From Candidatus Stercoripulliclostridium sp. (GTDB lineage: Bacteria; Bacillota; Clostridia; Christensenellales; DTU072), in the NCBI GenBank assembly GCA_045577735.1, contig JAZNIY010000008.1, positions 201,088 to 265,087 on the forward strand: DNA of 64,000 nucleotides, written 5' to 3'. The notes under the pieces were generated by a model. That model was given only the letters and a program-made list of their open reading frames with translations. It ran no database searches and had not been told where the DNA came from. This document shows positions 20,354-28,903 of the stretch, piece after piece. Each line of letters opens with the position of its first letter. Within the stretch, counting starts at the first letter, position 1. The position numbers and the translations under genes are program-made.

Positions 20354-21808
20354 TTATCTCCCGTATTTTTTCTTTATTTTTGCGTTCGTTATAATATTTG
20401 GCAGTCCTGCCCAGTAGAGAACCCGCCTAGCCCACCAGAGTTTGGAAAAAGCTTTGATTACTCCAACAGGATCATATAACCATTTTGGAGTAGGTTTAAC
20501 ACCAAAAGTTTTGAGTATTTTGTTGTGTTGCATTAATTTTTGCTCAAATGATAGATAATCTTTTTCATTAGACCAAAGCCTTTCTGCTACTGCGAGCAAT
20601 CTAGGGAAGGTCTTTTTTCTTGCTGTTTTTACGTTAGGTAATAATTCGCCCCATAAACAAGTTTCTACGCCAATGAGGTTTTTTTCAAAAACGAGGGGTT
20701 CATAATCATAAACTCGTTTTAGATTGTTTATACCATAAGGTAAATCCAAATAATATGGTTCTGTTTTTGCATTTATGATTTTCCTTCCACGAGCCATTTC
20801 TTTTTGGAATTTTTCGTTATTATAATCAATATCCCAGCATTCCCAGACAATGCGTTCATCAATAATTCCAGTAGGATCACTTTCATTCCACATGATAGGC
20901 GTTTTCCCGTTGTTGATTATAAATGCACCCAATTCATTCATAAAATGTGCCTGAAACTCATTATAGTTTTTGCAACCGAGTGCAATAAACTTTTGTTTGC
21001 AATGGGGACACAATTCCCAGCGTTGAGAGGGGACTTCATCTCCACCGATGTGGAAATATTCGTCAGTAAATATGTCCATTAATTCTTTAATAATGGTTTT
21101 TATAGCATCAATGGTGCTTTCTTTACCGATACAAGCTACGTCAAATTTTACACCAAAATTTTCAGCGACTCTCACACTTCTATTGAAACAGCCAAACTCT
21201 GGATATGACGCAATTGCAGACTGAAAGTGTCCCGGGACGTCTATTTCCGGTATAACACGGATTCCTTTTGAATGAGCATAGTCTATTATTCTTCGTAAAT
21301 CATCTTGAGTATAATATCCTTTATGCTCTTTTAATCTAAATAACGTTCTGCGTCTAATACTTCCAATTTCGGTAAGTTTTGGAAAGGCTTTTATTTCGAC
21401 ACGCCAACCTTGGTCGTCGTTAAGGTGTAAATGTAAAGTGTTAAACTTGTAAAGAGCAAGATAATCGATTTGCTTTAAGACTTCTTCTACACTAAAAAAG
21501 TATCTTGCGACGTCTAACATATACGCACGCATTTGAATTTTGGGAGCATCCTCAATAATCATAGCGGGAATTTCTTTCTCGCAAGTTTTAACGAGTTGAG
21601 ATAAACTGGCTTTTGCACGCTCTTTTGCAATATGGTCTCTATATTTTAGTTCAACCATATTTTCTTTAATCGCAATAATATACCCTTCGCTTGGAAGAGT
21701 GGTATCTTGAATTTCGTTACAAGCGAGATCTTCTATATCAAAAATATTATCAATAGAATATCCTTGTTCATTAAGTAAATTAATCTTTTGTGGTCTTGGT
21801 ATAATCAT
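20354..21808 (-). CDS. GH20 beta-N-acetylhexosaminidase
   Basis: MLDVARYF, HLNDDQGWR, PEIDVPGH and HIGGDE motifs; start placed at MIIPRP. Confidence 0.92.
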   Translation of the reverse strand: MIIPRPQKINLLNEQGYSIDNIFDIEDLACNEIQDTTLPSEGYIIAIKENMVELKYRDHIAKERAKASLSQLVKTCEKEIPAMIIEDAPKIQMRAYMLDVARYFFSVEEVLKQIDYLALYKFNTLHLHLNDDQGWRVEIKAFPKLTEIGSIRRRTLFRLKEHKGYYTQDDLRRIIDYAHSKGIRVIPEIDVPGHFQSAIASYPEFGCFNRSVRVAENFGVKFDVACIGKESTIDAIKTIIKELMDIFTDEYFHIGGDEVPSQRWELCPHCKQKFIALGCKNYNEFQAHFMNELGAFIINNGKTPIMWNESDPTGIIDERIVWECWDIDYNNEKFQKEMARGRKIINAKTEPYYLDLPYGINNLKRVYDYEPLVFEKNLIGVETCLWGELLPNVKTARKKTFPRLLAVAERLWSNEKDYLSFEQKLMQHNKILKTFGVKPTPKWLYDPVGVIKAFSKLWWARRVLYWAGLPNIITNAKIKKKYGR

Positions 21809-21833
21809 AAATATTATTGTAAACTTGTTCTCC

Positions 21834-23030
21834 TTAGTCTTTAAGCAACCAGATAGCAAGGTCGCATATTTTTATTCCCTCATAGGTATAATCGTCATGT
21901 TTTGTGTTTGCAATAATCATTTTGGGATGAGCATCAGCTATCTTAAGCAATGGTTCATACTCTCTCTTGAATGTTTCGGGATTATCTATATTATCACTAA
22001 CTTGAATATAAATTTGTTCACTACCACGTTTTGCGACGAAGTCAACTTCTTTTTGATAAAGTTTTCCAACGTATATTTCATAACCACGACGTAAAAGCTC
22101 TATACAAACAATATTTTCGTAAATTCTGCCGTAGTCCATGTTTCTACTACCAAGCAAAGCGTATCTAAAACCCACGTCGCTCAAATAATATTTGTCAGAC
22201 GTGTCAAGATATTTTTTGCCTTTAATGTCGTAGCGTTTAACGTCGTAAAACATAAAGGCATTGCACAAATATTTAACGTATTTTCCAATAGTAACGTGAT
22301 TGGTAGTAATCTTATTAAAGGTTAAAGTATCGCTTACTTTATTCGGGGACGTTAAATTACTTATGTTATCCATTAAATATTCTGAAAGATGGTCTAAAAC
22401 GTACGTGTCAGGCAATTTGTACTTGCTAACCAAATCTCTATTAACGATGGTGTTATAAACTTCGCTTATATATTTAACTCGGTCTTGTTCTTTTTTATAA
22501 GCATAAGAGCCTGCGAGCCCACCTTTAATTGTGTATTGTTTAAACAAAGTATCTATATCACTCTCGTTTTCATGATAAAGAACAAATTCTTTAAAGCTAA
22601 AGGGGAAGACGTGGATTTCTATATATCTACCTGTAAACAAGGTGGCTAAATCGTTGCTTAAAAGAAAAGCATTTGAGCCTGTAATATAAATATCATATTT
22701 ACCACTTGTATATAGGCTGTTTATTGCAACTTCAAATTTGTCGCAAAGCTGTACCTCATCAATAAAAAGATAATTATTTTTACCTTTTTGATAACAAGAT
22801 TCTACGTAGTCGTTAAGTTTATGATATTCTTTAAGTTTTTCAAACTTAATGTTGAAAAAATCTATAAATATAATATTCGCGTTACTATCATTTTCTTTCA
22901 AATAATCAATATAAGATTCCATTAGTTTGGATTTGCCAGAACGCCTGATACCTGTAATAATTTTTATATCGGGCGTATCTTTTAAATCAATCAATCTTTG
23001 CAAATAATCTATTCTTTCAATTAACTTCAT
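21834..23030 (-). CDS. AAA_14 ATPase with a C-terminal DUF4143-type domain
   Basis: [24 protein letters not shown] and EVDFV motifs. Confidence 0.85.
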   Translation of the reverse strand: MKLIERIDYLQRLIDLKDTPDIKIITGIRRSGKSKLMESYIDYLKENDSNANIIFIDFFNIKFEKLKEYHKLNDYVESCYQKGKNNYLFIDEVQLCDKFEVAINSLYTSGKYDIYITGSNAFLLSNDLATLFTGRYIEIHVFPFSFKEFVLYHENESDIDTLFKQYTIKGGLAGSYAYKKEQDRVKYISEVYNTIVNRDLVSKYKLPDTYVLDHLSEYLMDNISNLTSPNKVSDTLTFNKITTNHVTIGKYVKYLCNAFMFYDVKRYDIKGKKYLDTSDKYYLSDVGFRYALLGSRNMDYGRIYENIVCIELLRRGYEIYVGKLYQKEVDFVAKRGSEQIYIQVSDNIDNPETFKREYEPLLKIADAHPKMIIANTKHDDYTYEGIKICDLAIWLLKD

Positions 23031-23143
23031 TTTTAATTCCCGCTTTCGAAACTTTAATTTTTTTTGTTTTTCGAAACCAATATTATTTTATTCTTATATT
23101 TTCCAAATGTCAATATCTTATAAAAAATAATGGTTAAAAACAA

Positions 23144-23514
23144 TTTGAGATTATCACGTGTGCTTGTTATTATACAAGTAGACCCAATTTCAAGGGATAA
23201 AAATTTTGGGTTTGGTAGCGGAGAAACAGTATAGCGAAAGGCTGTCTCAAGCAAGCAACAATAGCAATAGGGTATCTTACTTGTAATGCGCCGTTTTTTT
23301 GATGGGCACGAACACAATGTGTTCGCTTTCGCCAGGTTTTTGCCCAAGCAAAATGCCAAGCAATTGGCTATAATGTGAGCAATGCGAACTATCCTTCGAA
23401 CAAAGTGAGTCAATGCAAAAACTAATGCACCCTAATTCCTAAAGGAATGGGCGCCTACGCTGTTTCTCGGCAAAGAAAAAGAACACCGTGCTTGGTGTTC
23501 TTTTCTTTGGCGGA
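23144..23514. repeat. Full-length copy of the tRNA-Ser-associated structured element
   Basis: Colinear with 26992-27309, with conserved stems and a longer variable hairpin; ends in a terminator plus TGGCGGA. Confidence 0.9.
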
Positions 23515-23543
23515 AAATATTAAATGTAAAACTGACTTTTTCA

Positions 23544-25046
23544 TTAAATGCTTTTAATAGTTTCTTCGATTTTTCTGCTAGAATGTTTAGAGATGATGGT
23601 ATAAATTATTTCTTTTACATCATAATTGAGTAATAAAGGAGCAGGTAAACTCTGCGACTGGTTTGGTAAAAGCTTATTAAATTTTATTTTAATTACATCA
23701 AAATCTATATCATTTGTTAAAATCTCAAAAGGTTCATATAAATATGAAAGTTCGGCATTCATTTTCTCAGTTTCGTACTCCACATTGCTTTTATCGTAAA
23801 CATTTCCCAAAGCCATAGGTAGTCTCATAGGCACACTTACGCTAGGGTGACTGCCGTAATTATCATAGTCATCGATGTCAGAGCTAGTTTTAGAATTAAA
23901 AATGGTCATAAACATTTGGTTATGCTTAAATGATTGTGGAAACAATTCTAATTCTTTAATATTGCAGATACTGTTTTTAGGGAGAAATAAATTTAAAATG
24001 ATATCCTCATCGAATTCATTTCCTTCATTTGTCAAAGCGAGATTCAAACTCTTAATATTTTTAACTTTTAAAAGAAGATATAATAAATCTTGTTCTTCTT
24101 GAATTAAATCAGCTAATTTTAAAATGTCTTTTAATTTCTTTTTTTCTTTTAATGACCCATAGTCTGATATTTCGTAATTTAAATTAGTCGAAAAACGTTT
24201 ATATAGTTTCAAGTTTCCAAAGTTCAATAATTCTGTTGTATCAACATCCAACTCATTAACAAGGATGAATTCACGAATGCGAGAAAACTCTTCTTTATAT
24301 AAATCTTCAATCGAAGAAATTTCCTCACCCATAGTAATCTTAATTAAAACGGATGACCCTAAACAAGAGGAATTGCTCAATTCATTTTCTAAAAATGGGA
24401 TAGCATTTTCCTTCAATTTGGTCTCAATTTGCTTAAAAAGTGTATTGTGGGCATTACTCAAATGCTTGATTATGGAATTTTCTAACAACTTATAATTACC
24501 CTTTAGTTTACCATCTTCAATAGATTTTAGGAGTAGAATGGAGCTTTTCTCACATTTTTTATATAGATAATCTACAGTGCTTCTTTCGGCTGGAATAGGC
24601 TCTGATTGTGCTCCAGAACGTACGAAAATCGAACCATTTGAAATATAAGGAGGATGTAAGCCTTCTTTAATATTAATGACAATTACTCCAAACCCTATTT
24701 TGCTTGGATTATCGATAAATCTTGCTTTTATTAAATTAACGACTTCTAAATCAACAAAAGGCTTGATAATGTTTATAATGTTTAATTCAACTTCACCATT
24801 TGGCTTTTCAATGTCAACAATTTGTTTAGAATTATCAACACCGATAAAAAGCCATCCTCCTGAGCAGTTCGCAAAAGAACAAATTACTTTAGGGAGCTTT
24901 TTCTTTACTTTTTCACCGAAATCACCTTTAAATTCGATTTTATATCCTTCATCGACATTTGATAATTGTAATAAATCCTCATATTTAATTTTATCAAATG
25001 GAATATCATCTCCGTTTAAATTTTTAAATGGGCAGTAATAATGCAT
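23544..25046 (-). CDS. Schlafen/AlbA_2-domain protein with an uncharacterised C-terminus
   Basis: EGYKIEFK, ICSFANCSGGWLFIGVD and PY...FVRSG AlbA_2 motifs. Confidence 0.85.
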   Translation of the reverse strand: MHYYCPFKNLNGDDIPFDKIKYEDLLQLSNVDEGYKIEFKGDFGEKVKKKLPKVICSFANCSGGWLFIGVDNSKQIVDIEKPNGEVELNIINIIKPFVDLEVVNLIKARFIDNPSKIGFGVIVINIKEGLHPPYISNGSIFVRSGAQSEPIPAERSTVDYLYKKCEKSSILLLKSIEDGKLKGNYKLLENSIIKHLSNAHNTLFKQIETKLKENAIPFLENELSNSSCLGSSVLIKITMGEEISSIEDLYKEEFSRIREFILVNELDVDTTELLNFGNLKLYKRFSTNLNYEISDYGSLKEKKKLKDILKLADLIQEEQDLLYLLLKVKNIKSLNLALTNEGNEFDEDIILNLFLPKNSICNIKELELFPQSFKHNQMFMTIFNSKTSSDIDDYDNYGSHPSVSVPMRLPMALGNVYDKSNVEYETEKMNAELSYLYEPFEILTNDIDFDVIKIKFNKLLPNQSQSLPAPLLLNYDVKEIIYTIISKHSSRKIEETIKSI

Positions 25047-25241
25047 AAAACTCCTATTGTTTTGAAATAAGTGGTAAGAAACGTTGTCCTTATTATACTA
25101 ATTTTTTGTTAAAAATGCAAGTGTATTAAAAATGTATGATAGAATGGATGGTTTCGGTTTTTGGGGGATTTAAATAAGGGTATTGTTTCTTTAATAGGAA
25201 AGTGGTATAATAAATGAAACTATTATAAGAAAAGATAAAAA

Positions 25242-26810
25242 ATGGAAAACAAATTTACACGGAATCAACAACAACAAAATGAATATAAAGCGAAATTAAA
25301 GCAAGAATCGAAAGAGGTCTATAATATTGAAAAATGTTGGGCTTCTCATAAGCCATATAAAGGACTAATTGCTTCACACATAAAACCATATAAACTTTGT
25401 GTGCTAGACAATGATTCTTATTCTGAGTATAACGTAAATAACGGATTATTGTTGTCAAAGACAATTGATGACTATTTTGATAAGTTATTAATTACCTTTG
25501 ACGAAGAGGGTAAAATAATTTGTAGTGACAAGGTTGAGAATGAAATAAAAGAAGAGTTTTCTTTTTATAAGTTAGATGAAAGAATATATAATGTAGAACG
25601 CAAAAACTATATGCGTATACATAGAAGCTTGTTTTACTACAAACATTACTATAATCAAAGTGATATTCCGGCCAATTTAAGAATAGGAAATATGACAATT
25701 CCATTTTTTGATTGTGGCATAAAGCATTATAAAAAGACTTTTATAATTTTTAATAATTCTTTTTGGACAATATGCCCTACAACAAAATTAAAACAAGAAT
25801 TTATTACTCGAACTAACTATAAATTTAAATATTATATTTCTAATGTGGACTTGGCAAACATATTATTAAATATGGAAGAGTATGCTGTTAATTGTGAAAT
25901 AACGCCATTTCTAAATACGCCAACCTCAACAATAAATGTTGAAAACCCTAAAGAAGTAATTGAAGAAAATGAATTTAAAATTAGTTCTACAAATTATAGT
26001 ATTTCTAGTTTTGAGCCTAACAAATTTATATGTTTTTTAAATAACATTCTTTGCAATGATATCGAAGTACAAAAGTTTAGAACAATTATAAATCTCGCTC
26101 TACAAGGGAGGGGTTTTACGAAAGGTATGGCTCTGTTTGGTGATACTCAAAATATTGACAAGCTAATCTTTATATTAAAAGAAATTTTAGGCACCTATAT
26201 CATTGATTATAAAGATACGAAAATTCTATATAAAAAGAATGCTCCCCCAAGTATTCCTAATTGTTGTATAATGGTGTTCTCAAATCACAATTTACCTATT
26301 GAACAATATAACTGGAGCAAAATGATTGATAACTCTTACTTTCCAACTACAATACTAAACATTAATCAGTTTGTTCCATTGGTGACAACAAGCTCGGATA
26401 AAAATTTAAATTTACGGAATTGTATTAAATTTAGGATTAATGCTACGACAAAGCAGTTTGATATTGATGAAATATTAAGAGAAGAAAATAGTGCTATATT
26501 AAATTGGTTTGTAAACGATGTAAAAGTGTCACATGAAGAGTTTGAATGCATTGTTAAGGAATATGAATTAATAACTAGCGACGCTTCTATAAATGATTGG
26601 CTATATAATAATTGTGATTTTGGTGAAAAGATTAAAACTGAAGAAAAGGCTACTGATTTATACGAAAACTATATTGATTTTACCACCAAAAATAAGTTAA
26701 TGCCTGCAACGTCAAGATATTTTTTTATACAAATAAGCAAAATTTTTCAAAAAAAGAGATATGGCTTTGGAATGGTATATCTAGGTATTAAATTAAAAAA
26801 CAATATTTAA
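25242..26810 (+). CDS. HNH endonuclease fused to degenerate P4/D5-type primase-helicase and winged-helix regions
   Basis: N-terminal ASHIKP...NGLLL...FDxxLITF. The middle resembles the D5 region with a broken Walker A (FGDTQNIDK). The C-terminus LYENY..F...SRYFF...KKR..GMVYLGIKL resembles the P4 primase tail. Confidence 0.7.
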   Translation: MENKFTRNQQQQNEYKAKLKQESKEVYNIEKCWASHKPYKGLIASHIKPYKLCVLDNDSYSEYNVNNGLLLSKTIDDYFDKLLITFDEEGKIICSDKVENEIKEEFSFYKLDERIYNVERKNYMRIHRSLFYYKHYYNQSDIPANLRIGNMTIPFFDCGIKHYKKTFIIFNNSFWTICPTTKLKQEFITRTNYKFKYYISNVDLANILLNMEEYAVNCEITPFLNTPTSTINVENPKEVIEENEFKISSTNYSISSFEPNKFICFLNNILCNDIEVQKFRTIINLALQGRGFTKGMALFGDTQNIDKLIFILKEILGTYIIDYKDTKILYKKNAPPSIPNCCIMVFSNHNLPIEQYNWSKMIDNSYFPTTILNINQFVPLVTTSSDKNLNLRNCIKFRINATTKQFDIDEILREENSAILNWFVNDVKVSHEEFECIVKEYELITSDASINDWLYNNCDFGEKIKTEEKATDLYENYIDFTTKNKLMPATSRYFFIQISKIFQKKRYGFGMVYLGIKLKNNI

Positions 26811-26835
26811 CAATATGTTTGTACAATTTATTAAT

Positions 26836-26907
26836 TTTGAGATTATCACGTGTGCTTGTTAGTAACAAGGAGCGTCGCGATGCTCCGCCAAACAAGCACA
26901 CGTGATA
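26836..26907. repeat. Element left end folded into a 17-bp perfect inverted repeat
   Basis: TATCACGTGTGCTTGTT (26844-60) pairs with AACAAGCACACGTGATA (26891-907). The first 26 nt are identical to 23144-23169. Confidence 0.85.
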
Positions 26908-26991
26908 GGTAAAACTTAACTGAAATAGACTTGATTTAGGACGACTGAATCAGGTCTTTTTATTGCCTAAAATTTGGCTAAAAAACCTTGA

Positions 26992-27294
26992 TTGAGATCC
27001 TGGCGTGTGCTCGTTATATACAAGTAGCCCTAATTTCAAGGTATAAAAATTTTGGGTTTGGGGGCGGAGAAACAGTATAGCGAAAGGTTGTCTCATGCAA
27101 GCAAAAAAGTAATAGGGCACCTTGCTTGTAAGGTGCCTTGTTTATTTAATGGACACGAACACAAGTGTTCGCTTTCGCCAGGTTTGGTGTGCAAAGCACT
27201 CCAAACTAATGCACCCTAATCGTTAAAACGATAGGGTATATTTTCTCTGTTTTTCTGCCAGCAAAAAAGACATCCTTGATTGGATGCCTTTTGC
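26992..27294. repeat. Full-length tRNA-proximal copy of the structured element, including the tRNA terminator
   Basis: Homologous to 23144-23514; terminator stem CCAGCAAAAAAGACATCC/GGATGCCTTTTGCTGG. Confidence 0.9.
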
Positions 27295-27386
27295 TGGCGG
27301 AGAAACAGGGATTTGAACCCTGGCTACGCTTCTCACGTACTACTCCCTTAGCAGGGGAGCCCCTTCGGCCTCTTGGGTATTTCTCC
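27295..27386 (-). tRNA. tRNA-Ser(GCT) with encoded CCA
   Basis: The reverse complement GGAGAAATACCCAAGAGGCCGAAGGGGCTCCCCTGCTAAGGGAGTAGTACGTGAGAAGCGTAGCCAGGGTTCAAATCCCTGTTTCTCCGCCA folds as a cloverleaf with a long variable arm. Confidence 0.97.
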
Positions 27387-27512
27387 GAATATAAATTTTT
27401 ATTATTAAGATGTCGTGCTCCAATGCTAAGGGAGTATCCCGAAGCAGGGGGACGTAGCCGCCCGGAGAAGAAGCCAGTGGCTTTTTATCAGGCGAAGTCC
27501 CGACTTGTCGGA

Positions 27513-27546
27513 CCTTCGGCCTCTTGGGTATTTCTCCGAATATAAA
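27513..27546 (-). repeat. 34-bp direct duplication of the tRNA-Ser 5' end and its flank
   Basis: CCTTCGGCCTCTTGGGTATTTCTCCGAATATAAA is identical to 27362-27395. Confidence 0.92.
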
Positions 27547-27605
27547 GGGTTATTGTGCGGTATTTTTTTGCGCAATTTTGGACGGCTTCCTTAATTGCAT
27601 AATAG

Positions 27606-27634
27606 ATATTAACATACATTTTTTCATTTGTCAA
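27606..27634 (-). promoter_or_regulatory. sigmaA-type promoter for the tRNA-Ser transcript
   Basis: Minus strand TTGACA-17nt-TAATAT with an extended TG. Confidence 0.6.
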
Positions 27635-27700
27635 TCTAATTCTTTGACTATTATTGACATTTGGAGTATAATATTTTCAAATTTCACAGTAGGTAATATT

Positions 27701-28903
27701 ATGAAGTATCTAGTTGTATTGGGCGATGGTATGGCTGACTATAAATTGGAGGCTCTTGGCGATAAAACTCCTCTTGAATATGCCAATACCCCAAATATCG
27801 ATAGGCTCGCTCCTCTTTCGCAAATCGGTCTCGTTAAAACCGTTCCCAACGGCATGAAGCCCGGTAGCGACGTTGCAAACCTTTCCGTTATAGGATACGC
27901 CCCCGAAAAATATTATAGTGGAAGAAGTCCCCTCGAAGCCCTTTCCATCGGCGTAGATATGCAAGAGGGCGATATAGCCGTGCGCACTAATTTGGTAACC
28001 CTTTCAGATGAGCCCGAAATAGCTTGTAAAACCATGATAGATTACTCTGCAGGAGAAATATCGACCAAAGAGGCAAGTGAGCTTATTAAGGCCGTTAAAG
28101 AGACCCTAAGTGACGACGAATTTTCTTTCTATGCCGGTGTTAGTTATCGCCATTGCATGATTATTAAAAACGGCACTACCGAAACCGAACTTACACCTCC
28201 CCACGATATTAGTGGTAGAGTAATAGGGGACTATTTGCCAAGCGGTAAGGACGGAGAAAAACTCCTTTCACTAATCGAGCGTTCTTACGCCGTTTTGAAG
28301 GACCATCCAGTCAATTTGGAACGCATAAAGAATGGTAAAAATCCTGCAACTCACGTTTGGTTTTGGGGCGCAGGCACCAAGCCCAGCCTTGATAATTTTG
28401 AAGAAAAATATGGACTCAAAGGCGCAGTTATTTCTGCCGTTGACCTACTCAAAGGCATTGCAATAGGGGCAGAAATGTTGGCTCCCGAAGTGGAAGGCGC
28501 AACCGGAACGCTTGCAACAAACTGGGACGGAAAAATCGCTAAAGCAAAGGAATGCTTCGAGAATGGCTACGATTACGTATATATTCATTTGGAAGCCCCC
28601 GATGAATGTGGACACCAAGGCGACACTTTCGGCAAGGTAAAAGCCATAGAAAAAGTTGATTACGTTGTGGGCGAAATGGTAAAATATCTTGAGTCAAAGG
28701 GCGATTTTACCTTGGTCGTTACCCCCGACCACGCCACCCCAATCGTGAAGAAAACTCATACCTCGGAACCCATTCCATATATGATATACAAGAGTGCAAA
28801 TCCACAAAATAGCACCCTAAAATATAACGAAACAGATGCCCAAAGTGGAGAATATCTACCAAGTGGACAATGCATAATATCAAAAATGTTGGAGACAAAA
28901 TGA
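27701..28903 (+). CDS. apgM: Cofactor-independent phosphoglycerate mutase (ApgM family)
   Basis: GDGMAD, PGSDVANL, YSGRSPLEA, EAPDECGH and TPDHATP motifs. Confidence 0.9.
   Translation: MKYLVVLGDGMADYKLEALGDKTPLEYANTPNIDRLAPLSQIGLVKTVPNGMKPGSDVANLSVIGYAPEKYYSGRSPLEALSIGVDMQEGDIAVRTNLVTLSDEPEIACKTMIDYSAGEISTKEASELIKAVKETLSDDEFSFYAGVSYRHCMIIKNGTTETELTPPHDISGRVIGDYLPSGKDGEKLLSLIERSYAVLKDHPVNLERIKNGKNPATHVWFWGAGTKPSLDNFEEKYGLKGAVISAVDLLKGIAIGAEMLAPEVEGATGTLATNWDGKIAKAKECFENGYDYVYIHLEAPDECGHQGDTFGKVKAIEKVDYVVGEMVKYLESKGDFTLVVTPDHATPIVKKTHTSEPIPYMIYKSANPQNSTLKYNETDAQSGEYLPSGQCIISKMLETK

Larger units (their letters stand above)
6529..27294. mobile_element. Composite genomic island at the 3' end of tRNA-Ser (three cargo modules, no integrase visible)
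   Basis: The tRNA 3'-end motif GGCGGA(G) recurs at 6642, 12688, 23509 and 27063, with TGGCGGA plus a terminator at 6641 and 23508. The region is visibly more AT-rich and carries defence and catabolic cargo. Confidence 0.7.

Noticed and set aside
23054..23413. 119-aa minus-strand ORF
   Set aside because: It lies across the structured non-coding repeat and a promoter, has no RBS, and the homologous copy at 26992-27294 has indels and no matching ORF.
6529..27294. Prophage, ICE or IS as the explanation of the island
   Set aside because: There are no integrase, transposase, relaxase, structural or conjugation genes; the only replication-like domain is degenerate.
27397..27546. Second tRNA gene
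   Set aside because: Only the first 25 nt match; there is no T-arm or acceptor 3' strand, and the anticodon-like part is on the opposite strand.
27276..27700. 89-aa ORF and the long N-terminal extension of apgM
   Set aside because: These are antisense to the tRNA and its leader; the real apgM start is 27701 (MKYLVV).
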